NCBI GenBank assembly: GCA_018000835.1
Contig: JAGNJD010000001.1
Coordinates: 5,275 to 69,274, forward strand
DNA length: 64,000 bases
From: Candidatus Goldiibacteriota bacterium
GTDB lineage: Bacteria; Oederibacteriota; PGYV01; DSYL01
Direction of reading: 5' to 3'
The translations under genes and the position numbers were made by a program. Shown piece by piece: positions 1 to 9,548 of this stretch. Each line of letters opens with the position of its first letter. Position 1 is the first letter of the stretch. Below the pieces are notes generated by a model. That model saw nothing but the letters and a program-made list of their open reading frames with translations. It made no database searches and was not told the origin of the DNA.

Positions 1-787
1 CGGTCCCGCCGGCAGCAGTCGTATATCGTAAAGCTACTTTACTTCCTGCATCTAAAGGGTCAAGTTGCGTAGCTATATCCCAGCCAAAGCCATTGTCTCC
101 GGCTCTTCCAAGATGGTCTACGTTATTAATCCCGTTTATTAAATCAGTTTCTCCGTTATACGGATAAATTATAGCCGACAATTGTCCCGCACCATTTAAT
201 GCTTCTTCTACCATTATTGAAAAATATGACCGTGGGGGGGACAGGACAACCGAATACCCGCTTATCGGGTCGTCATAAAAATAAAGTGTATCGCGTTCTA
301 TGTAAAATTTTATGTCTTCTATTATATTCCCGGTATCTCTGTCAATCATCACCTCGTTCGTTATTTCCATTCCGTCATCCCTTAATATCTTACGAACGCC
401 GTATCCTGACGGTATTTTTAACTGCAACCGATACCAGTATCCGTCCTGTTTGTTATTTAACTCAATTCTGTAAATATCTTCTTTTATTTTTCTCTGCACG
501 ACCTTTGCTCTTTTGTGTTTTTCAAAATCAATCCCTTTACTTTTGGTAATTTCCTTTGCTGATTTTTCATCCAAATAAAATTCCCGGGTTTGCCTGTTTT
601 TTAATTTTACGGATTTTACGTTTTTTAAGTTATCAGCAGTTGTTTCATCAATCTTACCGGTATTGTTTTTATAAATAAAAATTTTTTCAACCGGGTCAAA
701 AGCAACAATGTCGTCATTTTGACGGGAATAGGCGGTCCGTGCTATTGCCACTATTAAAAAACACGGCAATAAAATTTTTATTATCAT
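1..787 (-). CDS. Secreted hypothetical protein; 3' end lies outside the window
   Basis: A continuous minus-strand reading frame runs from ATG at ~787 to the window edge. The N-terminus MIIKILLPCFLIVAIARTAYS looks like a signal peptide. It is missing from the ORF track because it runs off the edge. Plus-strand ORFs 199..549 and 739..960 are antisense to it. Confidence 0.5.
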   Translation of the reverse strand, partial: MIIKILLPCFLIVAIARTAYSRQNDDIVAFDPVEKIFIYKNNTGKIDETTADNLKNVKSVKLKNRQTREFYLDEKSAKEITKSKGIDFEKHKRAKVVQRKIKEDIYRIELNNKQDGYWYRLQLKIPSGYGVRKILRDDGMEITNEVMIDRDTGNIIEDIKFYIERDTLYFYDDPISGYSVVLSPPRSYFSIMVEEALNGAGQLSAIIYPYNGETDLINGINNVDHLGRAGDNGFGWDIATQLDPLDAGSKVALRYTTAAGGT

Positions 788-889
788 TCTCGCTTTTATA
801 CTTTTTAAATCATAGTTTCTATTCATCGTTTTTTTTATTGCCTTTCACTTTATTTTTTTTCGTTTTTTTAGCCCATCTCACTTTTATTT

Positions 890-1201
890 TCATTTATGCC
901 TTTTGCTTTTCTTTACAAATTCTATTGCTTTCAGCACTTCTCTGGTTACGTCTGCATTAAACTGTGTCTCCATTTCCTGTAGTTTTGTAAATATGTGCCC
1001 CCTGTCTGTCACTACGTATTTTGGCGGCAGGTGGTTCAAAGAATATGCAAAAATATCGTTTTTACATAATTCACATTTACAGACGTCATTTCTTCTTTCA
1101 AACTGCTCTTCCATGTTTCTTTTTACCATGTCTTCCATGTAATTTCTTATTTTAATTTCTTTTTTTTTGGATGTTTTCATTTTATCGCCTCTTGTTTTCA
1201 A
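890..1201 (-). CDS. ComFB-like small protein (late competence development protein family)
   Basis: 103 aa with a four-Cys signature CKCELCKND...LNHLPPKY that matches the ComFB family pattern CxCxxCxxD...LNxLPPxY. Confidence 0.55.
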   Translation of the reverse strand: MKTRGDKMKTSKKKEIKIRNYMEDMVKRNMEEQFERRNDVCKCELCKNDIFAYSLNHLPPKYVVTDRGHIFTKLQEMETQFNADVTREVLKAIEFVKKSKRHK

Positions 1202-1469
1202 TGGTTTTTAACATTTCTTTTATGCCATTTAACGATATGCCTTTCCCGGAAAACTGTTTTATTTTTTTGCATAGTTTTAAATGCTCGTCCGTATAAATCC
1301 GTCTTAAGCCGACGCGTAATGGGACGACAAGATTTTTCCGTTCCCAGTTTCTTAACGTCTGCTCATGGACGTTTAATAACGAAGAAATCTCCTTTATTGA
1401 ATAAAGTTTTTCTTCCCTATTTTCTCTTTTTAAAGACGATTCAACAACTATGACATTATCATTTTCCAT
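1182..1469 (-). CDS. MerR-family HTH transcriptional regulator
   Basis: 95 aa with an N-terminal HTH (YSIKEISSLLNVHEQTLRNWERKNLV) typical of MerR-type regulators. Confidence 0.65.
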   Translation of the reverse strand: MENDNVIVVESSLKRENREEKLYSIKEISSLLNVHEQTLRNWERKNLVVPLRVGLRRIYTDEHLKLCKKIKQFSGKGISLNGIKEMLKTIENKRR

Positions 1470-1699
1470 GGATTTACCTCCGGATAAGAGTATTGATTAT
1501 TTTCAACTGTAGCTTTTCCCTCATTGCTTGCTATAGATATTATATAAACCTGACAATGGTATTGTCAAGTAAATAATAAATAAAAATATAAATCTCTGAT
1601 TGGATGGATATAAATACATTTTTGGTGAAATTCATTGCATTAGGTAAAATGAAGCAGGAAAAGAAGATGAATTACTTTAAAACGAATGTAATGATAAAA

Positions 1700-2446
1700 T
1701 CAGTCGTATCTTTGAAAAAGGAAAGAAATGCCGACGTTTATAAAAATGCCGGAATAATCAATAAAACTTGGGACAACGTCTGAAATGCCGGCAGGTTTTA
1801 AATCCCCTCCATTTTTTTTGGCATCTATGACGCCGTTACAAAATCTATAGCCTGATTTTATGGAAATTGCAAACTCATTTGAAAGCCAGTAATCAAAACC
1901 TGCTTCAAGATTAAACCCGGGAAATACTCCATTTCCTTCATAAGTTGCGCTTGCAATGACGGTCTCAGAAGAATTTTTAACGGTTAATTTTGCAGTCGTA
2001 TTGGAAGTGAAATAAAAACCATAATCAACGGCCAAATACGGTAGAAATGAATTAAAAGCAAAACCGTCAATAAAATATTTTCTAAGTCCGCAACCGAGGT
2101 AATGCACTCCCCAGCTTTCGTCAGCAACTATACTATCCCCTTTATCCCTTGAAAGCAACAACTCCGATTTATTCTTTGCATCAATATGGTCTTTTTTTAT
2201 GTAAAAGCCGTAAATTCTTTTGTCAACGCCAAAAATAAGAACGCCGTTAAATAATGCCGAATATCCGTAATTAAACGTGGTTTTTTCAAATTCGGAATCA
2301 ATGGAAAGCAAATCAGTGGCATTAAATAAAAAATTATATTGCCCCATAACTTCCAGATAACTTCTCAATAACCATGCATCAGCTTTCACGTCACGTATAA
2401 AAAAAAACAAAAAAAACATAAGGCAGGTCAGAACGATTTTCTTCAT
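1700..2446 (-). CDS. Putative outer-membrane beta-barrel protein (hypothetical)
   Basis: Signal peptide MKKIVLTCLMFFLFFFIRDVKA. Alternating aromatic/Gly-rich pattern. The C-terminus ends in an aromatic-rich segment. Confidence 0.4.
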   Translation of the reverse strand: MKKIVLTCLMFFLFFFIRDVKADAWLLRSYLEVMGQYNFLFNATDLLSIDSEFEKTTFNYGYSALFNGVLIFGVDKRIYGFYIKKDHIDAKNKSELLLSRDKGDSIVADESWGVHYLGCGLRKYFIDGFAFNSFLPYLAVDYGFYFTSNTTAKLTVKNSSETVIASATYEGNGVFPGFNLEAGFDYWLSNEFAISIKSGYRFCNGVIDAKKNGGDLKPAGISDVVPSFIDYSGIFINVGISFLFQRYD

Positions 2447-2456
2447 AACGTATCTT

Positions 2457-2801
2457 TCATTTAAATGCCTTTACGGCACTTTCTAAATCGTAATAATATT
2501 CAAGGATGTTGGTAAAATCAAGTATTTCAAAAATGTCCCTAACCTCATTTTTCATTCCGACAAACTTAATATCTCCCCCATTTTTCCTTAAATCCTTTAC
2601 GTATCCGACAAAAATACCCCATCCGGCGCTGCTTATATAATCAACTTTACTTAAATCAACTATTATTTTATATTCCCCTTTTGAAATCAGGTCATTTAAT
2701 AAATCTTCTATTTCTTTTGAAGTTTCTGAATCAATGTATCCGATGCATTTTATTATGTTAAAATTCCCTTTTTTTTCGTTCGTTACGTTCAAGCCGTTCA
2801 T
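2457..2801 (-). CDS. STAS-domain anti-sigma-factor antagonist (SpoIIAA-like)
   Basis: 114 aa with the DLSKVDYISSAGWG motif typical of STAS/anti-anti-sigma factors. Confidence 0.7.
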   Translation of the reverse strand: MNGLNVTNEKKGNFNIIKCIGYIDSETSKEIEDLLNDLISKGEYKIIVDLSKVDYISSAGWGIFVGYVKDLRKNGGDIKFVGMKNEVRDIFEILDFTNILEYYYDLESAVKAFK

Positions 2802-2822
2802 ATATACCCCTTTTTTAAATCG

Positions 2823-3128
2823 TCATTTTTCTTCAAAATCGTGCAGCGTGCGTTCCAGTAATTCTCCTTTGTTAAATATTGCTATGCCTTCTACTTTTCC
2901 TTTTCTGTCATAAATCGTCCATACGCCCTGTTTCATTCCATCTTCAAATCTGCCTTCAAGATGCAATTTCTTCTTTTCCCTGTCAAAATATTCCCTGTAT
3001 GGACCATGCATTATGCCTCTTTCAAACCTTGCTTCTATGTAAACATTTGTCTTTGAATCAAAAATTTCATAAACGCCGTTTAACGTTTGTGATGGGAAAT
3101 TTGATTTTGGCATTTTATTCTCCTGCAC
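2823..3128 (-). CDS. MORN-repeat (YwqK-like) protein
   Basis: Repeated G-x-W/Y-x-x-Y/F-x-x-G motifs (GVYEIFD, GPYREYF, GVWTIYD) characteristic of MORN variant repeats. Confidence 0.5.
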   Translation of the reverse strand: MQENKMPKSNFPSQTLNGVYEIFDSKTNVYIEARFERGIMHGPYREYFDREKKKLHLEGRFEDGMKQGVWTIYDRKGKVEGIAIFNKGELLERTLHDFEEK

Positions 3129-3339
3129 TTTCTTACGCCTCCTTTTTATCAGTAATTTTTTATCGTGATAAGTATAGCAATAATAAAATTATCTTTCAAT
3201 AGTTTTTTATAATTTATGAATGTTACAGGCTGCATAAAGGTGGTTATCTAAATTTTAATTATTCTTTTATAAAATTTATCAATTAAAGAATTTGCTGCAA
3301 TAAGGTTAATGATGCAGATGGACACAGACATAATATAAA

Positions 3340-3540
3340 GTGGGACCCCCTCGGGCTAATAAAGCCCGAGGCTCCCACAAAAAATTCAATCAACTTCGTT
3401 GATTGACCAAGGGACGAGGAATGCCAGTGATATTCCGCAGCTCCCTTGGAACCCTCTTGCCAAAGTAGATAAAACATTTTTAATATGTGCATTCATAAAA
3501 TATCTCACTGAGATATTTTATGAATGCTGTTCCAATAAAC
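3340..3540 (+). repeat. Copy 1 of a ~210-bp multi-hairpin repeat element; partly decayed stems
   Basis: Near-identical to 18124..18349. Contains the hairpins GTGGGACCCCCTCGGGCT/AGCCCGAGGCTCCCAC and TCAATCAAC/GTTGATTGA. One long stem is mismatched in this copy. The ATAAAATATCTCA/TGAGATATTTTAT hairpin is intact. Confidence 0.8.
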
Positions 3541-3678
3541 AGCATTACGCAAGCCGCATAAAACAGATAAATGAAATCTTAATTAAAGTAAATAAACAAT
3601 TTATTACAAAGAAAATGCAATAATATTTTCATAAAATTAACCAATCTTAAAAATACAAATAATTACATATTTTGACAA

Positions 3679-3879
3679 TTATAAATTACCATTTCTGTCG
3701 GTTCTGACTAAAAGCATCTGATTATCCGAATTAAATCCACAAGCCATATAACCACCGTCATCCGAAAGGCAAAGTGATGTTCCAACATCATAAGTATCTA
3801 TCCCATTACCTGACCCAAAATTTTTATGCCAGATTTCATTTCCATTTATATCCGTTTTTATGACATACCCAACTTGCAA
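3679..3879 (-). pseudogene. Orphan 66-aa ORF; possibly a fragment of a beta-propeller-like secreted protein
   Basis: Short ORF (NGNEIWHKNFGSGNGIDTYDVG...DGGYMACGF) with no obvious start context. It lies downstream of the glycosidase gene and next to the repeat element. Confidence 0.25.
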
Positions 3880-3965
3880 TTTGTATGTTGCCTAAAGATT
3901 ATTCCTGACAATATGATTCACAGAGAGTATATAAATAGTGTTTACCATCTATGTCCTGCTCCCTA

Positions 3966-5657
3966 TTATAAAATTTTTGCCATTCTTGACACGCCCATCA
4001 AAAACCCGCCGCAGTGCGTTATCCAGTCCTCGTCATGCAATGCATCAGGCGAATCAAATTCTTTTTCCGGTGGGACGTCATATTCAAACTGGCGTCCGGT
4101 TCCAAAACCATTGCATATTGAACCGCGGACATTTGTCCAGTTACCTGCACATCTGCTGCCAACTCCCTGAATCATGCTGACGGATAATGCAACGTCATCA
4201 GAAACGTCGGCATCAAAAACCACGCAACCCAGTTTTATGTTGTCTCTCGTCATACCTGCATTTAAACCGCATATCCACTGTAAATTTGATTGTGCAATGT
4301 CAATGAACTCCTCATCGTCAAATAATTCATAAAATTCGCAGGCCAGGGCTGCTGCCTGGCCATAAATGGCATTTGTCCCATGCCACGTGCCTGCAAACCA
4401 TAAAATTCCCTCGTCTCCAAACGTGCCGCGCGGTAAAATTTTAAACGGGGATGCAAGGCAGACAGGTTTAAAATAGTTATATGCAAAATTTTTTATCGAT
4501 TCTTTCCATTTATCTACGTATTTATGTTCCGGTATCCTTTTCATTGCCTCAATAAAACAAAATACGGGATGTGCAAACACTGAACCCATGTCAGAACCAA
4601 AACGGGTATTTTGTCCGGCAGCCGGCATTCCATGGCTCCATGCTTTTTCTGTTACGTCAATCCCATCGTAAGCGTAAAAATGTCCATATAATCCATTTTC
4701 TGCCTTTTCAGGGGACACCTGCCGTTTTAAAATGCTCTCAGTCAAAAAATCAATCCTGTCCGAACGCCTGCGCTTGCCGATGGAAAAAAGAATGATTTCA
4801 CTCCATAAAGCAAGCATCAGATAACGCGTCATCCATTGTTCCGGATATTTTACACCTTCTTTCCATCCCTGGTTAAACGAAACGTTGTTATCGACAAGCG
4901 GCCTTGCTTCTTTTTCAATCCAGTCAAGGGATTTTGCAGCACGTAATGCAAATTCATCTGACTTTTTTTTATCCGTATTTTTTAATGTGTCTGCGGCTTT
5001 TGCCCATGATAGCGCTGCCATAAAAGAATCGTAAGGCGAACAACTGTCCGGTGCCCTTGCCATATCATGTATCAATGCACCGTTCCCGAATCCCTTTTCT
5101 GCTGCTTTATCCTGACACATCCCAAGATAAATGCAACCGTCATTTATAAACGACAAAACTGCTTTTTTATCTTCTGGTTCCAGTAAATCTCCTGTGAAAT
5201 CACATAAATCACACAAGCCCGCAATCATAACAGAATGACTTGGGACCTCCTGCCATAAACTGCCTGCATCAAACCAGCCGGGTTTGACGCCTGCAAATAT
5301 TGCCCTTCTTTTCAGATTTTCAGGACCTATGTATCTGACCGTTTTTTCAAATAAAACGTTTTTCCCAATCGTAAGTCCGCCATCTTCCAGAAGCAATTTG
5401 TTTTTGTCGTATAGTTTAATCTTATACGTTCCTGTCTCTTTAAATTCCGTAAAATCCGCGCCCCACCAGTATATCCCCCAGAATCTTCCCCGGTATTTTG
5501 TTTTACTTTTATATTTTACTTTTCCATCTGCGTCCGTAATGACAATTTCTGCATCATCAGACAGCCAGTTTTCCGGCCCTCTTATAAAAGTTCTTTTCTT
5601 TTGTTTTAAATCGTAACCGACCTGTGAAAACAAAATTCCTTTCTGGTTTCTTTGCAT
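3966..5657 (-). CDS. Glycoside hydrolase, GH9-like (N-terminal Ig-like domain plus six-hairpin catalytic domain)
   Basis: 563 aa. The N-terminus (SQVGYDLKQKK...ITDADGKVKY...WGADFTEFKETGTYKIKL) resembles the cellulase N-terminal Ig-like domain. KPGWFDAGS resembles the GH9 GGWYDAGD motif. The call rests on motifs only. Confidence 0.45.
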   Translation of the reverse strand: MQRNQKGILFSQVGYDLKQKKRTFIRGPENWLSDDAEIVITDADGKVKYKSKTKYRGRFWGIYWWGADFTEFKETGTYKIKLYDKNKLLLEDGGLTIGKNVLFEKTVRYIGPENLKRRAIFAGVKPGWFDAGSLWQEVPSHSVMIAGLCDLCDFTGDLLEPEDKKAVLSFINDGCIYLGMCQDKAAEKGFGNGALIHDMARAPDSCSPYDSFMAALSWAKAADTLKNTDKKKSDEFALRAAKSLDWIEKEARPLVDNNVSFNQGWKEGVKYPEQWMTRYLMLALWSEIILFSIGKRRRSDRIDFLTESILKRQVSPEKAENGLYGHFYAYDGIDVTEKAWSHGMPAAGQNTRFGSDMGSVFAHPVFCFIEAMKRIPEHKYVDKWKESIKNFAYNYFKPVCLASPFKILPRGTFGDEGILWFAGTWHGTNAIYGQAAALACEFYELFDDEEFIDIAQSNLQWICGLNAGMTRDNIKLGCVVFDADVSDDVALSVSMIQGVGSRCAGNWTNVRGSICNGFGTGRQFEYDVPPEKEFDSPDALHDEDWITHCGGFLMGVSRMAKIL

Positions 5658-7368
5658 GCAAACTCCTTTTTAGCATCATTTTAAATTTTTCAAACTTATC
5701 ATTGTCGCCTGTAAAATCAATTACGTATAAAATGTTTTCATTTTTGTTGTTTTTTATTATTTTATCCGAAATTTTTTCAATCTCAACGTAATTATCCAGG
5801 ACGTTTTCTGATAAAATACAAACTCTTCCTTTAACGTAATCATCCATTATCCTGTCATCCGGTTTTGAAAAACAAACGAAATCCCTGCCTTTCAGATAAA
5901 AATCCTTTAATCCGCCACGTGAGAATGAATATGATTCATTTCCCACGTAACATATTGCACTATCTTTGATTGATTGCGCGGTTCTTATTACGTATGCCTG
6001 CTGTGTAAAATTCATTTTTTTCGGCATGGCACCATAAAAGACAAACGCGTCCGAAGCAATAATCAGGAGAGAGATGACGATGACGCCATAACGCATTCTG
6101 ATCTTTTCAAGCAAATAACAAAAACCCACTCCTGCGATTGTAGCAAAAACCGGCGTTAAAAACATGACCCTCGTATTTGACGGATATTTATATGGTCCCA
6201 GAGCACCAAGGGCAGCAGCAAAAAAAACGTAGGTAATTAAAATAAATCTGCATCTCCAGTCGTCCTTTAAATTTTTAATTAATAAAAATATGCCGATAAG
6301 AACTCCGAATAGTCCCACGTATCCGGTTAGCGGGCCATAAACAAAATGAGTTGTTGATTCGTTGTATGCAAATATGATTAATGATTTAAAGAAATTCAGA
6401 ATAATGTATAAAAATCTTTCGTTTTCATCAGGATTAAAATCATAAAATTTCTGATATCCGATAAGAGTTCTTTCAAAAATGTTTTGCAGGAAATTCCCGT
6501 TAAGCAACAAAAAAATCGTAGTGAGCAGGAACGTAACGAAAATCAACATGAATTTTTTGCTTAAATCGCCGTTTCTGGGTCTTAAAAAACAATAAACAGG
6601 AACGACAAAAATGAGTATCCTTGATGCATGAAAAGTATAAAATCCGAGTCCAAGGAACAATCCACATAGATACGAAAAAAGATGCGAATTTTTTTCAATC
6701 GCAAGTTCACAAAAAAGCAAAACGCAGCAATAAAACAGGATTGAATGGACGTTGTTATATCCGATATGGCTAAATGCAAGCATCGGCGCGGCAAAAACAA
6801 AAGCAGACAAAGAAACAATTGCGACTTTTTTATTGAATACGATTTTATTCCATAAATAAAAAGGAAAGATGGATAACGGGATTATTATGGCAGAACTTAA
6901 TTTCCATCCAAAAAATAAGTCACGGGTTAAAAACATAAAAAACGCCTGCCACAAAGAAGACATAACCGGGAAATTATAAACTCCTTTTTCCGAGAATAAA
7001 TCCGGCTTTTCATATCCGTCAATTATTTTCCTCGCAAATTCCAGGAAATGATATTCATCCCCTATCAGTGCATATTTCCACGATTTGTAATCAAGCATGA
7101 TTAAAATAAGGAAAAAAACCGACAACGACGCAAGACAAAAAATTTCTTTTCCGGTTAAGATAAAATTTAGTTCGTATTTTATTCCCTTGTTTTTATCAAG
7201 ATTATAAAAACATACGAAAAATAAAATTATGACGATTAAGAAAAGTGCAATCTGGAGAAAATAAAATTTATGCAGTAAATGCAATAAAAACAAAATAAAA
7301 TACAAAAAAAAAGAAATAAAAAATAAGGTTTTTTTTGGTATTTTATCCTGCCTGACAATTGATTCCAT
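5557..7368 (-). CDS. Polytopic membrane glycosyltransferase, GT39/ArnT-like (PMT family)
   Basis: 603 aa with many predicted TM helices over the first ~450 aa and a soluble C-terminal domain. The architecture fits the ArnT/PMT family. It overlaps the downstream gene by ~100 nt, so one start is probably miscalled. Confidence 0.5.
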   Translation of the reverse strand: MESIVRQDKIPKKTLFFISFFLYFILFLLHLLHKFYFLQIALFLIVIILFFVCFYNLDKNKGIKYELNFILTGKEIFCLASLSVFFLILIMLDYKSWKYALIGDEYHFLEFARKIIDGYEKPDLFSEKGVYNFPVMSSLWQAFFMFLTRDLFFGWKLSSAIIIPLSIFPFYLWNKIVFNKKVAIVSLSAFVFAAPMLAFSHIGYNNVHSILFYCCVLLFCELAIEKNSHLFSYLCGLFLGLGFYTFHASRILIFVVPVYCFLRPRNGDLSKKFMLIFVTFLLTTIFLLLNGNFLQNIFERTLIGYQKFYDFNPDENERFLYIILNFFKSLIIFAYNESTTHFVYGPLTGYVGLFGVLIGIFLLIKNLKDDWRCRFILITYVFFAAALGALGPYKYPSNTRVMFLTPVFATIAGVGFCYLLEKIRMRYGVIVISLLIIASDAFVFYGAMPKKMNFTQQAYVIRTAQSIKDSAICYVGNESYSFSRGGLKDFYLKGRDFVCFSKPDDRIMDDYVKGRVCILSENVLDNYVEIEKISDKIIKNNKNENILYVIDFTGDNDKFEKFKMMLKRSLHAKKPERNFVFTGRLRFKTKEKNFYKRAGKLAV

Positions 7369-7375
7369 TTAAAAT

Positions 7376-7858
7376 CTATTTTGTTTTATCGTTTTTTATC
7401 ATTCCGTAAATTCTCGCGTCGTTATGGTCAAAAACCAGGACAATCAGTCCCATTATCAGCAGGATTACGTCTCTTATTATAGTCGTAATGCCTATTGTTT
7501 CTTCCGGAAACAAAAAGTCAAAGCATCCGCAGGAAATTTCTATCCCGCGATGAACATCAATTGCAATCGCAAAAATAAAAGCAATAAGCAGTCCGCAGAT
7601 AATGAGAGAATTGCTTTTTGGATAAATGTCAAGAAACAATAAAAGTCCTGCAAAAAATTCAATCCACGGAACAATGGAAGCAAACAAAGGGACGACAGCA
7701 TTTGGAAGCAGGACGTAGGAATAAACGTCCTTTGCAAACTGCTGCGGATCAATTATCTTGCCGATGCTTGCAACGACGAATACAAATCCAAGGCAGATTT
7801 TTAAAACGTAAAGCAGCCATTTATTTGACAAAAACTTTTTTATAGTATTCATGTTCAC
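7376..7858 (-). CDS. MauE/DoxX-family membrane protein
   Basis: 160 aa with four TM segments and an SCGCFD motif like the MauE CGCFG motif. Confidence 0.6.
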   Translation of the reverse strand: MNMNTIKKFLSNKWLLYVLKICLGFVFVVASIGKIIDPQQFAKDVYSYVLLPNAVVPLFASIVPWIEFFAGLLLFLDIYPKSNSLIICGLLIAFIFAIAIDVHRGIEISCGCFDFLFPEETIGITTIIRDVILLIMGLIVLVFDHNDARIYGMIKNDKTK

Positions 7859-8934
7859 CTGCTTTGTGTCGTCGTCTGTTGTGGTGCCCTGTATAAGTTA
7901 TATCCTGCTTTTTCCCATTGCTGCAATCCTTCAATAAATATTAAAATTTTTTTATATCCTTCCTTATACAGCATGTTTGCAGCCTGCTTTGCTTTACCGC
8001 CGCGTCCGTGACAATAAATTACGCTGGGTTTTTGTTTTAAAAAATAATCGTAACCGCGTATCATGTCTTTTAATTTGTCAACCGGGATTGTAACCGCCCT
8101 GTCGATGTGTATCTTGTTATAGTTTTCCTGCGTATCAACGTCAATGAAATTTGCAAGCCCGCTATCGTATAAAAATTTTGCTTCTTCCAGTGTTATCTGC
8201 TTTATTTCTTTTTCAGAAGGCGCTTCCATAAATAAGGATTTAAATTGCTCCGGCGGCTCGTATTTTTCAACCGGCATGTTTGCCTGCGTCCATTCCGGCC
8301 ATCCGCCAAAGTAAATTACGATCTTTTTATATCCTGCATCAAACAAAGCATAAGCAACCTTATCTGACAGGTGACATCCTGCACCATGACAATATGGAAC
8401 AAGAACCTTATCCTGCAAAATGTCTTTGTATTGCGGAATCTTATTCTGCACGTCTCCAACCGGCATGCTTAATGCGCCCGGTATATGTCCATCGTTATAT
8501 TCGCCGGTGCTTCTGGCATCTATAAATACCGCCTTACCGCTTTCAAACAAAACTTTTGCTTCCTCAAGATGTATTTTTGGAAAATCTTCCTTTTTCTTTC
8601 TTTCGTCAAATAAATATTTATATTTTAAAGGAATATGATAAACTTTCGTCGGAACCGGAGCAGGTGCCTGTAACTGCTGCCCTTCCAAAACAGACGTTAT
8701 GGTATTTGAAACAACGTCCGCAGTCGTTGATGCTGCAGCCGGTTGTCCTGCTTCTTTATCTGCTCCTACCGACGCTCTTATACCCGTATATGAAAGTGCC
8801 GTGACTGTCGCAACTACCAAAACCACGACTGCTTTTAAAACAACGTTATACGCCTCTTTTAAAAAACCTGATTCTTTTACCTGTTTTTTTACAATCTTTT
8901 TTGTAACCTTATTTGCTTTTTTCTTTCTTACCAT
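7855..8934 (-). CDS. Tandem rhodanese-domain sulfurtransferase, membrane-anchored
   Basis: Two rhodanese active-site loops, CHGAGCHLS and CHGRGGKAKQ, and an N-terminal TM anchor. It is adjacent to the MauE/DoxX gene. Confidence 0.7.
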   Translation of the reverse strand: MVRKKKANKVTKKIVKKQVKESGFLKEAYNVVLKAVVVLVVATVTALSYTGIRASVGADKEAGQPAAASTTADVVSNTITSVLEGQQLQAPAPVPTKVYHIPLKYKYLFDERKKKEDFPKIHLEEAKVLFESGKAVFIDARSTGEYNDGHIPGALSMPVGDVQNKIPQYKDILQDKVLVPYCHGAGCHLSDKVAYALFDAGYKKIVIYFGGWPEWTQANMPVEKYEPPEQFKSLFMEAPSEKEIKQITLEEAKFLYDSGLANFIDVDTQENYNKIHIDRAVTIPVDKLKDMIRGYDYFLKQKPSVIYCHGRGGKAKQAANMLYKEGYKKILIFIEGLQQWEKAGYNLYRAPQQTTTQSR

Positions 8935-9170
8935 GCGCTTTCGCCTCCTTTATGAATAAAACTTACATAATTTTATAACTTTTAAACCGTATTTTCAAGT
9001 ATTATAGTAAATTTTTTACCCACTTTTGTCAGTAAAAAAATATGAATTTTATATATTTCCTTTCAAATTATATGCTTTAATGAAATTTTTAATTGTGTGG
9101 AGTCAATTAAAAAGGAAAAAATTGACTCTCATTTTTTAAGGGATTCATTGCGTTTGGATAAAATTTGTTT

Positions 9171-9548
9171 TCATTCAAAATATTCTGCAAAACTCCCGGA
9201 ATCCATCGTCTTTATCCCGTTTGCAGATGCAAAATCCTTAAGTTTCCTGTCGGAAGTAATAAGTAGCGTGTTTTTTGCCTTTGTTTTTATATTTTTAATC
9301 ATATCAATGATAACGTCGTCGGCAGTCTGCTTACCTGCTGAATAAACAATTTTAATGTCACCTGTTTTTTCCATTGATTTATGTTCTGAAACGTTCGTGT
9401 ATCCATCAAAAATAATGATAATATTTCCGTGATTTACATTATAAAACTGTTGAAGTTCATTTATCAGGTTTTCTCTTTTTTTCTGCGAACTGTCACCTTT
9501 TAATTTCATGCAATACATCAGATTATAACCGTCAATTATTATATTCAT
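9171..9548 (-). CDS. NYN-domain (YacP-like) protein
   Basis: 125 aa with MNIIIDGYNLMY...IIFDGY...TADDVI...ITSDR motifs characteristic of YacP/NYN nuclease-like proteins. Confidence 0.55.
   Translation of the reverse strand: MNIIIDGYNLMYCMKLKGDSSQKKRENLINELQQFYNVNHGNIIIIFDGYTNVSEHKSMEKTGDIKIVYSAGKQTADDVIIDMIKNIKTKAKNTLLITSDRKLKDFASANGIKTMDSGSFAEYFE

Noticed and set aside
199-960. Plus-strand ORFs 199..549 and 739..960
   Set aside because: They are antisense to a longer, signal-peptide-bearing minus-strand frame that runs from 787 to the window edge. Their low-complexity Leu/Phe-rich translations are typical of AT-rich antisense frames.
3340-3540. TPP or cobalamin riboswitch, or RNase P/tmRNA/SRP identity for the 210-bp hairpin repeat
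   Set aside because: The order and content of conserved riboswitch and RNA-gene boxes do not match (for example CTGAGA occurs after, not before, the pyrimidine-sensing stem, and there is no GGAAGCAGCC SRP box). The long perfect stems with non-compensatory decay in copy 1 favour a DNA repeat.
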